This document shows positions 29,119 to 38,776 of a stretch of 64,000 nucleotides of DNA, piece by piece (the first letter of the stretch is position 1; each line of letters starts with the position of its first letter). The notes under the pieces are model-generated. The model was not told the DNA's origin. It saw only the letters and a program-made list of their open reading frames with translations, and did not search any database. Origin of the DNA: an uncultured Armatimonadetes bacterium. Its GTDB lineage: Bacteria; Armatimonadota; UBA5829; DTJY01. The translations under genes were made by a program, and so were the position numbers. The stretch covers positions 352,001 to 416,000 of the forward strand of contig OY970325.1 of the NCBI GenBank assembly GCA_963717145.1, given 5' to 3'.

Positions 29119-30732
29119 ATGCTGCAAACACACTTCTCATGTTCCGACGAAGACCTGAACGACTTGTGGCGCTGGGTGGTCGCCTGCGCGCTGAATGACT
29201 TCGGCTACCGGAACATGGATGGCCGGGTCGTCGCGATGGGCCCTCCCTGGCTCAGGGATCACATCCACGAGATGAAGGCGTACAAGTACTTCGTCGAGGA
29301 CATGACCGGCGGCCTCGAGTTCTTCTTCCGCCACCAGCTTCCCGACGGCCAGTTCCCGGATTTCTTCGTCCCGATCGGCGACCAGCACCAGAAGTTCGTG
29401 CATCCCGACTTCGAGCAGGAGGATCCGGCGGAGAATCGGGTGTTCATCCGCGTGCCCGTCGAGGCCGACCTCGAGTACCTGGCGGTCGAGGGAGTCTATC
29501 AGGCATGGCAGGCGACGGGCAACACCCTCTGGATGTCGGATCAGATTCCCATTCTCAAGAAGGGCCTCAGGCATCTCACCTCGCACAAGTGGCGCTGGTC
29601 CGAGGAGCACGGCCTCGTCAAGCGGCCATTCACTCCAGACACGTGGGATTTCATCAACTGGTACGACGCCGACGATCACTTCAAGACCAACTGCGAGATC
29701 CGCCGAATGGACGACAGCATTCCGTTCTGCCTGTTCCACGGCGACAACAGCGGCCTCTACTCCGCCTGCATGATGATGGCGACGCTTGTAGAGGCGTGCC
29801 TTGTGCCGCCAGATCCGACATGCCGGGCGGCACAAGGCACGCCCCTACAACCATCGTACTGGTCTGAGTTCGGCGAGGGAGTCCGGGAGCGGGCGAACAA
29901 GCTCCTCTGGGGCGATGGGTTCTATATCCACCAGGTTCACCTCGATCCGGCGCTGGAGGCTGAGCATAACGAGCGCTTCCGCCTCAGCCTGAGCAACCCG
30001 TATGACATCAACCGAGGGATGCCGACGCACGAGATGGCCGTCTCGATCCTCGACGCCTATCCCGAGCGATGGAAGCTCCGGAGGGACACCCACATCGCCG
30101 AGTGGTTCACCATCGACCCGCCCTACGAGCCGCGGTTCAGTTGGTATCTCCCCGGCGAATATGTCAACGGCGGGCTCTTCGGAGCGGTCGCCGGCGAACT
30201 CTCGAAGGCGGCGTTCAATCATGGACGCGAGGCATACGCGGTCGATATACTGAGGCGTTACCATGCGCTCACCCGTGAGGCCGGCGAGGTCCGGTTCATG
30301 TGGTGGCCCGACGGACGTCCATACGGCGGAGGGCCGTCGGGATGGTGCGGGGCGGCGGTTGTTTCAGCGATGATGGAGGGCCTCGCGGGTATCAGGGATC
30401 GCGGGATCGGCATGAGCGACGTCGTGCTCTCCCCGCGATGGACGTCGGCAGGCGTCTCATCCGCCGGGATCAGAGCCCGATACCCGGCGTCGAACAGGAG
30501 TCTCAGCTATCTGTATGAGGCCGACTCCAAGCGAGTCAGCCTCAACTGCGCAGGCGACGGAAACCATTTGGCCATCCATCTCATGCTGCCGGACCGGGCG
30601 CAGGTTATGTCAGTCACCTGGGATGGGCGGCCGGTGAGTCATACTCTATCCCGCATAGAGGATAGCTCATATCTCGATATCGATGGTCTCTCCCAGTCTG
30701 GGGAGTTGGTTGTGGATCTAAGGAAGCACTAG
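29119..30732 (+). CDS. Putative (alpha/alpha)6 glycoside hydrolase-like protein carrying an in-frame REP
   Basis: WLRDH, EADLEY, TWDF, GEYVNGG; CAGGAG RBS; fold is inferred. Confidence 0.55.
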   Translation: MLQTHFSCSDEDLNDLWRWVVACALNDFGYRNMDGRVVAMGPPWLRDHIHEMKAYKYFVEDMTGGLEFFFRHQLPDGQFPDFFVPIGDQHQKFVHPDFEQEDPAENRVFIRVPVEADLEYLAVEGVYQAWQATGNTLWMSDQIPILKKGLRHLTSHKWRWSEEHGLVKRPFTPDTWDFINWYDADDHFKTNCEIRRMDDSIPFCLFHGDNSGLYSACMMMATLVEACLVPPDPTCRAAQGTPLQPSYWSEFGEGVRERANKLLWGDGFYIHQVHLDPALEAEHNERFRLSLSNPYDINRGMPTHEMAVSILDAYPERWKLRRDTHIAEWFTIDPPYEPRFSWYLPGEYVNGGLFGAVAGELSKAAFNHGREAYAVDILRRYHALTREAGEVRFMWWPDGRPYGGGPSGWCGAAVVSAMMEGLAGIRDRGIGMSDVVLSPRWTSAGVSSAGIRARYPASNRSLSYLYEADSKRVSLNCAGDGNHLAIHLMLPDRAQVMSVTWDGRPVSHTLSRIEDSSYLDIDGLSQSGELVVDLRKH

Positions 30733-30741
30733 GAGGCTACC

Positions 30742-31758
30742 ATGCACCGAATCTTGCTCATTGTCCTGATCGCACTCCTCGCGGTCTCATGCTCCGCCGC
30801 CGAGTTGAAGCGCGTCTTCGCCTACTACCAGGTCCCAGCGCTCGACCGATCCGCCGACGAGGCGCTGACCGCCTTCAAGGATGTCATCACCGACCTCTCG
30901 CCGACGATCATCGAGGTCATGGACGGCCTTGGGAGGGTCGAGGTCACGCCCGAGACGAAGTACCTTGACATCCTCCAGGGCGAGAAGACGCTCATTTCGC
31001 CGCTGATCCGCAACTACAACTTCGACAAGCAGATCGCCAAGTGGTCGCTGTTCAGTCCCTCGGCCCAGAAGAGCATGGTCGCCGGCACACTGGCTCTCCT
31101 CGAGGAGGAGAAGCGCTACTCCGGCGTCGTCATCGACATCGAGAACACCTCGCCGACGGACCGCGATCACTACTCCGCGTTCATCCGCCGGATGTACGAG
31201 GCGCTGCACCCCAGGGGGTTCAAGGTCTTCACCGTCGTCGGCCCGAAGGAAATGGACATCCCGAAGGCGATGTGGACCCGCGCTTTCGACTACAAGGAGA
31301 TCGGCAAGTACTCCGATTTCGTCATCCTGATGACCTACAACCAGCACTGGAAAGGCGGGCCTCCGGGGCCGTGCGCCGCCGTCGACTGGTTCGAGGCGTG
31401 CGTGAAGTACGCGTGCGAGTGCATGCCCAGGGAAAAGGTGATCGCCGGAATCCCGTTTTACGGCTACGACTGGCCTGCTACCGGGCCCGCAACCAGCCTG
31501 ACGCACAAGAAGGCGTCCGCGTTGATCGACCGCGTCAAGCCGGAGAAGATCGAGTGGAGCGAGCCGTGGGCGACCCCCTGGTTTGCATATACGGAGAACG
31601 GGGCGAGGCACGAGGTCTGGTTCGAGAATGTGCGCAGCATCGAGGCCAAGCTCGATGTCTGCCGGAAGCTCGGCGTCGGCGGAGTGGCCGCCTGGCGTCT
31701 CGGCGATGAGAACCCGAAGTTCTGGGAGGTCATCGGCCGATATTCGAGGGGAGAGTGA
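30742..31758 (+). CDS. Secreted GH18-family (YaaH/chitinase-like) hydrolase
   Basis: GVVIDIE, LMTYNQH, GIPFYGYDW, VWFEN, WRLGDE. Confidence 0.88.
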   Translation: MHRILLIVLIALLAVSCSAAELKRVFAYYQVPALDRSADEALTAFKDVITDLSPTIIEVMDGLGRVEVTPETKYLDILQGEKTLISPLIRNYNFDKQIAKWSLFSPSAQKSMVAGTLALLEEEKRYSGVVIDIENTSPTDRDHYSAFIRRMYEALHPRGFKVFTVVGPKEMDIPKAMWTRAFDYKEIGKYSDFVILMTYNQHWKGGPPGPCAAVDWFEACVKYACECMPREKVIAGIPFYGYDWPATGPATSLTHKKASALIDRVKPEKIEWSEPWATPWFAYTENGARHEVWFENVRSIEAKLDVCRKLGVGGVAAWRLGDENPKFWEVIGRYSRGE

Positions 31759-31761
31759 CCG

Positions 31762-32406
31762 ATGCTCCATGATGTGAAGGAGATCGTCTGCAAGTATAAC
31801 AAGCTGCTCTCGACCGAAGGGCTCGTGACGTGGACGGTCGGCAATGTGAGCGGGCGCGACCCCGATTCGGGGCTGGTCGTCATCAAGCCGAGTGGTGTCA
31901 ATTTCGAGGACTTGACGCCGGACATGATGTCGGTCGTGGATCTCGACGGCAATGTGGTGAAGGGGCGACTCAAGCCGTCCGTCGATACTCCGACGCACCT
32001 CTACGTCTACCGTCACATGCCGCAGGTCGGAGGCGTCATCCATACGCATTCGAACTACGCGACCGCCTTCGCCGCGCTCGGGAAGCCGATCCCATGCTAC
32101 CTGACAGCGATGGCAGACGAGTTCGGCGGCCCGATCCCGATCTCGGACTATGCGCGGGTCGGCGAGGAGGAGATCGGCCGGGAGATCGTGGACAAGATCG
32201 GCGACTGCCCGGCGATCCTGATGAAGAACCACGGCGCCTTCACCATCGGGCGGACCGTCCCCGATGCGTTCAAGGCGGCGGTGATGCTCGAGGACATCGC
32301 GAAGACGTGCCACCTCGCGCTCCAGGTCGGGCGTCCCCTCGAGATCCCGCCCGAGGAGGTCGCCCGCGCGCACAAGCGGTACGTCGACAAGTACGGACAG
32401 AAATAG
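31762..32406 (+). CDS. araD: L-ribulose-5-phosphate 4-epimerase (class II aldolase)
   Basis: GNVSGRD, IKPSGV, PSVDTPTH, HTHS, NHG, YGQ; upstream of ribulokinase. Confidence 0.9.
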   Translation: MLHDVKEIVCKYNKLLSTEGLVTWTVGNVSGRDPDSGLVVIKPSGVNFEDLTPDMMSVVDLDGNVVKGRLKPSVDTPTHLYVYRHMPQVGGVIHTHSNYATAFAALGKPIPCYLTAMADEFGGPIPISDYARVGEEEIGREIVDKIGDCPAILMKNHGAFTIGRTVPDAFKAAVMLEDIAKTCHLALQVGRPLEIPPEEVARAHKRYVDKYGQK

Positions 32407-32495
32407 AGTATGGGAGTATGGGAGTATGGGAGTATGGGAGTTGATCTTGCCTCGAATTAGTGGGCACCGGATAATAAGAGATGAGGTGACCCAAG

Positions 32496-32777
32496 ATGAA
32501 GAGGCAGTATTCAGAAAGCTTCAAGGCGGAGGCGGTGAAGTTGGCTTTTTCCGGCAGGGCGAGCAAAGCTCGGATCGCAAAGGAACTGGGAGTCAACATC
32601 AACAGCCTGGACGCCTGGATCAGGAAGTACAAGGAGAGCCTGGGAGAGATCGATCCCAGGAAGAGAGAGTCCCTTGAGGACGAAGTGAAGCGTCTCCGCA
32701 AGGAGAACGATCTCCTCCGAGAGGAGAGAGACATATTAAAAAAAGCGGCGGCGTACTTTGCGAGGGAGCAGCAGTGA
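32496..32777 (+). CDS. IS3 transposase OrfA (HTH)
   Basis: YSESFKAEAVKL...IAKELGV...ERDILKKAAAYFA. Confidence 0.93.
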   Translation: MKRQYSESFKAEAVKLAFSGRASKARIAKELGVNINSLDAWIRKYKESLGEIDPRKRESLEDEVKRLRKENDLLREERDILKKAAAYFAREQQ

Positions 32778-33643
32778 AGTACGCCTTCATCGCTGCTCAA
32801 GACGGTCGCTTCAGGATCGGGACGATCTGCGGGGTGCTCGGTGTGAGCCGGAGCGGCTACTACGCGTGGCAGGGGCGTCCCGAAAGCGATCGCGCCAGGA
32901 AGAACGAGAAGCTGCTCACACGGATCAGGGAGGTCCACGCCGAGAGCAGAGACACCTACGGTAGCCCGAGGGTTCACATACGGCTTCGGCAGGCGGGTGA
33001 GACCTGCAGCAGAGGCCGTGTGGCCAGGCTCATGACAGCAAACGGAATCCGCGCAAGACAGAAGCGGAAGTTCCGTGTTACGACTAACTCCAGGCACAAC
33101 CAGCCTGTGGCGGCGAATCTGCTCAAGAGAAACTTCGAGGTAGCCAGACCGAACAGTGTCTGGGTAAGCGACATAACGTATGTGCATACCCGTGAGGGTT
33201 GGCTCTATCTTTCGGCGGTGATGGATCTTTACTCGCGCCAGATAGTGGGCTGGTCGATGAAAGAGACGCTTGGGAGTGTGCTCGCAAGTGAGGCGCTCAG
33301 GATGGCATACAAGAACAGAAGACCGGTCGGTGAAGTCATCCATCATTCGGATCGAGGGTGTCAGTACGCGAGCGGCGAATTTCGTAGGCTTCTCGAAGCC
33401 TACGAAATTCGAGCCAGCATGAGCGGCGCCGGGGATTGCTATGACAACGCCCCGATGGAGAGCTTCTTTGCGACGCTTAAGGCCGAGCTGATACATCATC
33501 GAACATACTCCTCACGAGAGGAAGCGAGATCTGATATCTTCGAGTACATCGAAGTGTTCTACAATCGACAGCGACTCCACTCGAGCCTCGGCTATCGGAG
33601 TCCCGCCGATTTCGAGGCGGCCGCTCTCGAACGAGCGGCCTAG
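32774..33643 (+). CDS. IS3 transposase OrfB (DDE)
   Basis: YGSPR, WVSDITY, HHSDRGCQY, DNAPMESFF. Confidence 0.95.
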   Translation: MKYAFIAAQDGRFRIGTICGVLGVSRSGYYAWQGRPESDRARKNEKLLTRIREVHAESRDTYGSPRVHIRLRQAGETCSRGRVARLMTANGIRARQKRKFRVTTNSRHNQPVAANLLKRNFEVARPNSVWVSDITYVHTREGWLYLSAVMDLYSRQIVGWSMKETLGSVLASEALRMAYKNRRPVGEVIHHSDRGCQYASGEFRRLLEAYEIRASMSGAGDCYDNAPMESFFATLKAELIHHRTYSSREEARSDIFEYIEVFYNRQRLHSSLGYRSPADFEAAALERAA

Positions 33644-33781
33644 GTGATCTGTCCACGAAAACGGGGCAGGATCAAGTATGGGAGTATGGGAGTATGGGAG
33701 TATGGGAGTATGGGAGTATGGGAGTGTGGGAGTATTTCGGACTCCCATACTCCCATACCCCCACACTCTGAGGAGGTTATC

Positions 33782-35533
33782 ATGGATCGCAAGTTTGCAT
33801 TGGGCATCGACTACGGGACGAACTCCGTCCGCGCGCTGATCGTGGATGTCGCCAACGGTGAGGAGATCGGGACCTTCGTCCACAACTACACCCGTGGGCG
33901 CGACGGCATCATCCTCGATGAGCGCGACTCGAACCTCGCGCGCCAGGATCCTCGGGACTACGTCGAGGGTCTGGAGTCGTCCGTCCGAGGCGCGATCGCA
34001 GAGGCGGAAAAGACGCCCGAGTTCAGCGCGGATGAGATCATCGGCATCGGCATCGACACCACCGGGAGCACCCCGATGCCCGTCGATGAGAAGGGCACTC
34101 CTCTGGCATTCTACGACGAGTTCAAGGATAATCCGAACGCCATGGCCTGGCTCTGGAAGGATCACACCAGCCACGCGGAGGCGGAGATGATCACCCGCAA
34201 GGCCCACGAGCATGACCCCGACTACACGAAATACTGCGGAGGCATCTACTCGTCCGAGTGGTTCTTCGCCAAGGTGCTTCACCTCGCGAACGTGGACCCG
34301 AAGGTCTACAGCGCGGCTGCCAGCTTCGTCGAGCACTGCGACTGGATGCCCGCGCTGCTCGTCGGTGACACCCGCCCGAAGAGCGTCAAGCGGGGACGGT
34401 GCTCCGCCGGGCACAAGACGCTATGGAACGTCGAGTGGGGCGGCCTCCCGAAGCAGTCGTTCTGGTCGAGCGTCAGCCCGAAGCTCGACGGACTGATCGA
34501 CAAGCTCTACACCGACACGTACACAGCGGACACGATGGTCGGCGGCCTTTGCTCCGAGTGGGCGGGGAAGCTCGGCCTGCCCGAGGGGATTCCGGTCGCC
34601 GCGGGGGCGTTCGACGCGCATATCGGGGCGGTCGGCGCGGGGGTCAAGCCCGGCACGCTCGTCAAGATCATGGGCACATCCGCCTGCGACATGATGGTCG
34701 CCCCACCGGCGGAGGTCGATGGCACGATCAAGGGCATCTGCGGCCAGGTAGATGGAAGCATCGTCCCCGGCATGATCGGCTTCGAGGCCGGGCAGTCGGC
34801 GGTCGGCGACATCTTCGCCTGGTATCGAGATCAGATGGCCTGGCCGTTCGCCAACCTGTTCAAGTCCGAGCTTACCGACAAGGCCTTCATGGAGGCCAAA
34901 GCATACAGCGCCGATATGGCCAAAGCGAACGCTCTCCCGGTCCTCACCGATCTCGCTGCCAAGACCCGGCCCGGTCAGTCCGGGCTCCTCGCGCTCGACT
35001 GGCTGAACGGCAACCGCACGATCCTCGTCGATGTGAACCTGACCGGTCTCATCCTCGGCCTGACGCTCGGCACGCGGCCGGAGGAGATCTTCCGGGCGCT
35101 CATCGAGTCGACCGCGTTCGGCGCGCGGGTGATCATGGAGCGCCTCGAGGAGTACGGCGTCGAGGTCAAGGACGTCATCACGTGCGGCGGGCTGGCGGAG
35201 AAGAACCCCTGGCTGATGCAGATCTATGCCGACGTGACCGGCCGGCCGATGAAGGTCTCGCGGTCGAGCCAGACATGCGCGCTCGGATCGGCGATGTTCG
35301 GCGCGGTCGCGGGTGGATACTACAAGAAGGTCGAGCAGGCGCAGGAAGCGATGAGCGGGCTCAGGGATGTCGTCTACACCCCGAACCCCGAGGCGCAGGC
35401 GGTCTACGACCGGCTCTACGCCATCTACCGCCGACTCCATGACGCTTTCGGCACGCGCGACTACTCCGAGTCGCTCTTCGGCGTGATGAAGGAGCTTCTC
35501 GACATAAAGAGGAATACTCTAGCTACCGACTAG
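33782..35533 (+). CDS. araB: Ribulokinase
   Basis: GIDYGTNSVRA, DTTGSTP, LWKDHT, YSSEWF, DWLNGNR. Confidence 0.95.
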   Translation: MDRKFALGIDYGTNSVRALIVDVANGEEIGTFVHNYTRGRDGIILDERDSNLARQDPRDYVEGLESSVRGAIAEAEKTPEFSADEIIGIGIDTTGSTPMPVDEKGTPLAFYDEFKDNPNAMAWLWKDHTSHAEAEMITRKAHEHDPDYTKYCGGIYSSEWFFAKVLHLANVDPKVYSAAASFVEHCDWMPALLVGDTRPKSVKRGRCSAGHKTLWNVEWGGLPKQSFWSSVSPKLDGLIDKLYTDTYTADTMVGGLCSEWAGKLGLPEGIPVAAGAFDAHIGAVGAGVKPGTLVKIMGTSACDMMVAPPAEVDGTIKGICGQVDGSIVPGMIGFEAGQSAVGDIFAWYRDQMAWPFANLFKSELTDKAFMEAKAYSADMAKANALPVLTDLAAKTRPGQSGLLALDWLNGNRTILVDVNLTGLILGLTLGTRPEEIFRALIESTAFGARVIMERLEEYGVEVKDVITCGGLAEKNPWLMQIYADVTGRPMKVSRSSQTCALGSAMFGAVAGGYYKKVEQAQEAMSGLRDVVYTPNPEAQAVYDRLYAIYRRLHDAFGTRDYSESLFGVMKELLDIKRNTLATD

Positions 35534-35542
35534 CCTGCCGAG

Positions 35543-36982
35543 GTGGACCGCATGAGCAAGAAGAGCCAACAAAAGAAGAGCCGCACCTACGTGCCTGGAA
35601 ACATCGAGAGGCAGGTGCTCTTCGAAGCGCGCTACAAGTGCAGTGTGCCCCACTGTGGTCAGAAGGCCGCGCTGGACGTGCACCATATAGACTACGATCG
35701 GACGAACCACGCCCCTGCAAACCTCCTGGTGATGTGCCCGACTTGCCACCGCCTGGCTACGGATAAGAAGATCGACCGCTTGGCCTGCCTCATGATGAAG
35801 CAGCAGTTGAAGCTGAAGGACCGGAGCAAGAAGGAACTGGAAGAGTGGAAGGACGAGGCCATTTCTGAGATCAGTAACGCCGTCGGTAGCCAGGAAACGC
35901 CGAAGCCCCTGGAGGACAAGGACAGGGGAACTCAGAGGCCGAATAGCCGGGTCGAGGTAGCCGCCGAGCAGGTTCTGACCTACGATAAGGCAGACATCGA
36001 ACTGCCGGCAGACGTTCTCCGCTCGCTGGCCGCGTCGTTCTACCATTCGAGCGAGCTCAACGCATCGCTGGAGATATTCCGCATAGTAACCAAGTCGGAC
36101 GGTGTAACAGCAGTCGACTATTACAACGCAGGGTTTGTGCTTCAGAAGACCGGGCGAACGAAAGAGGCTGAGGAGTCATACCGGCTGGCACTTGATGAGG
36201 ACCCGACTGACGCCGTTGCCTGGTCCAGCCTTGGGAATCTGCTGCATAACGCTAGACGGCGGGAAGAGGCAGACAAGGCCTATCGGCGGTCACTCGAACT
36301 TGATCCCCAAGATGCCATGACTTGGAGCAAGCTTGGAGTGCTGCTAGGTGAGACCGATCAGTGGGAGGATGCTGAGAAGGCACATCGCACGGCTCTTGAT
36401 CTGGACCCCAGGATTGCTGGTGTCTGGAACAACCTTGGTGTCTCGCTTGAGAAGACTGAGCGGCGTGAAGGTGCAGAGGAGGCCTACCGCAAGGCTATCG
36501 AACTGGATGTCCAGTTTGCCGAGGCTTGGTTGAACCTTGGCAGACTTCTCAAGAAGACGGATCGAAAGGAAGAGGCGGCGGACGCATTTGAGAAGGCGAG
36601 CGAGTCCGGTGCGTTTAACGCCGACGAGCACAGCGGCCTGGCGTATGCCCTCTGGGAATGCGGGCGACTCGATGACGCGGAGTTGGAGGTCATGAGAGCG
36701 CTGGAGGACGATCCCAACCACGCCTACGCCCACGCCACGCTCGGGCTCATCCGCTTCGAGCAGGACAAGCTCGACGAGGGGCGTGCGGGCTACGAGAAGG
36801 CGATCGAGGTCAAGCCGGACGACTTGCCCCTCCAGCAGAAGTACCACTACGAGTACGGTCGCGCGCTCGCACGAAACAAGCTCATACCCGACGCCCGCCG
36901 GGAATTCGAGGCCGCACTCGCGGTCAAAGCCGACTACGTCCCCCGCGACCAGATCGAGACCGCCCTCTCCGCGCTCACCTGA
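35543..36982 (+). CDS. HNH endonuclease fused to a TPR array
   Basis: CSVPHC...HHID....NH..ANLLVMCPTCH followed by many TPRs. Confidence 0.85.
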   Translation: MDRMSKKSQQKKSRTYVPGNIERQVLFEARYKCSVPHCGQKAALDVHHIDYDRTNHAPANLLVMCPTCHRLATDKKIDRLACLMMKQQLKLKDRSKKELEEWKDEAISEISNAVGSQETPKPLEDKDRGTQRPNSRVEVAAEQVLTYDKADIELPADVLRSLAASFYHSSELNASLEIFRIVTKSDGVTAVDYYNAGFVLQKTGRTKEAEESYRLALDEDPTDAVAWSSLGNLLHNARRREEADKAYRRSLELDPQDAMTWSKLGVLLGETDQWEDAEKAHRTALDLDPRIAGVWNNLGVSLEKTERREGAEEAYRKAIELDVQFAEAWLNLGRLLKKTDRKEEAADAFEKASESGAFNADEHSGLAYALWECGRLDDAELEVMRALEDDPNHAYAHATLGLIRFEQDKLDEGRAGYEKAIEVKPDDLPLQQKYHYEYGRALARNKLIPDARREFEAALAVKADYVPRDQIETALSALT

Positions 36983-37006
36983 CCGTTCCGAGACCCCGCG
37001 CAAGGA

Positions 37007-37138
37007 ACCGTCTAGTCCTGAGTATGCCGGTGAATGACGGCATGTAACGAAGGACGGTGGCATATGTCCAGTGTTTGGCTGCACAAGGCCGCCCTTCGTT
37101 ACATGCCGTCATTCACCGGCATACTCAGGGCTGACGGT
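37007..37138. repeat. REP/MITE-like palindrome, family A, second full copy
   Basis: Arms homologous to 3626-3739 with paired substitutions in both arms. Confidence 0.88.
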
Positions 37139-37201
37139 GTTCGGTTCCCCAACATCCAACACCCGACACCCAACACCCAGTACTCCAGTACTCCGCCCTC
37201 C

Positions 37202-38754
37202 TCACTCCTTGAACAGCCCCCGCACGATCCCGACGAGTCCCCAGCGCACTTCCGGCGGGAGGTCAGGGTATGCCGGCATCGACGTGCCTGGGTGGCCGTT
37301 CGTGATCACGTCGAAGGAGCGCTCGGACGTGAGCGTGTACTGCGTGAGGTCCGGCGGCATGGGGGCGAGGCCTTTCCCCATCACGGTGATCCGCCCCGAC
37401 TTGCCGTGACACAGGGCGCAAGTCGTTGCGTACACCTCCGCAGCCTGTTTCCGCGCCTTCTCAGGGACGGGACGCGCGAACGGCTCGGGCGCTTGGAGCA
37501 CTCCAAAGCGCTTATCGAGCGTGCTCATCAGTGAGTCCAGCTTGTCCGTCGTGAAAAGGGAGAAGTACGGCATCGCGCTGCCGTCGACCCCGTGAAGCAG
37601 GATGCCTTGGAGATAACTACGATTGGTTCGGACCGCCGTGAGGTTCTCGGGCGGGATGCTCAGGTTGTGCGCCTCGGCGCCTTTCCCATCGCCCTTGTCA
37701 CCATGGCAGAATGCGCAGCTTCCCGCATAGATCGTGTCCCCGTTGTCGTACACGGTGCGCAGGTCGCTCTTGTACCTCGCGAGCGCGTCGGGGCTGAACG
37801 GCTTCAAGCGCGTCTGGTACGCCCGCTCCGACTTCTCGATCTTCCTCTGGAGCGGCACGATGGCGCTGTATTGGTGGAACTGCCTCGCGAGCAGCATCGA
37901 GACCAGCAGCACACCGAGGAGCCCGGTCCCACCCGGACCTCGATACTGCGCCGGCCGTAGATATGCCAAAGGAGTGACATGGCTGCCAGAATGCCGACGA
38001 AGAGCCCCAGGTTCGAGCCGAGACTGAGTCCCCTGGGCACGGAAGTGTAGAGCATGACCCCGAGCAGCACCTGGAAGAGCAGGCCGCCCACGATCCATCG
38101 CAGTAGGGACTGCTTCTTCTCCGCGTCATCCGCCTTCGACGTGAGGTAATGGAACGCCGCGCCGAAGACGACCGCCGCGCCGAGTATGTGCAGGTATCGA
38201 AACAGCCAGTGGATCGAAAGCTCCGGGGGCATTCTGTATCCGCGCATCGTCATCGGAAGCCACTTGTCGGGGTTCTCCGTCACCGAGAGGACGGCCACGA
38301 ATACGCCGGGAATCGCGAGCAGGCACGTCAGGCCGATCACCCCGAGCGCGAGGCCTACCACGCGGCGCGGGTCGCGGTAATCCCCGAGGAGATCGAGCAA
38401 CAGGAACGCGGTGACCAGCAGGAGGATGACCCCCAGCCAATACGGCGCGAGCATGGTCACAGCGGTGAAGAACGGCACCGTGAATCCGACCTGCATCAGG
38501 AGCAGCGGACCGATCCCGAGGACGACGGCGATGCTCTTGTGCGCCATGAATGTGTGGACGATCTCCCTGTGCCAGCGCCGTTCCTCGATCCTGCCCCGTC
38601 TCCACGACCGCAGGAGGTAGTACACGCTGAGGATCCCCGTGCCGAGCGTGAAGAGGACGAACATGAGGTGGAGCACGAAGGCGCTGAAGAGCAGCCCCGT
38701 CAGCCAGGCGTCGGAGATCGGCTTGCGCAGAAGCAAATCCGTCAGGCTGTCCAC
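37202..38754 (-). CDS. Membrane protein with two C-terminal c-type cytochrome domains; frameshift at about 37925
   Basis: TM region (LHLMFV, FRYLHILG) continues in another frame into CAFCH and CALCH; AGGAGG before GTG. Confidence 0.78.
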
Positions 38755-38776
38755 ATCGTCCTCCTTTCCTTGTTCA

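Larger units (their letters stand above)
32442..33674 (+). mobile_element. IS3-family insertion sequence
   Basis: TGATCTTGCC / GGCAGGATCA ends; 3-bp AGT duplication; orfA/orfB arrangement with A7G slippery site at 32738-32745. Confidence 0.95.
32407..33768. repeat. Octamer (TGGGAGTA)n array split by IS3, followed by inverted copies
   Basis: About 4 copies at 32407-32441, about 7 at 33675-33734, then actcccatactcccatacccccacactc. Confidence 0.92.

Noticed and set aside
32407-33770. CRISPR array
   Set aside because: 8-bp units with no unique spacers and no cas genes; it is a simple tandem repeat
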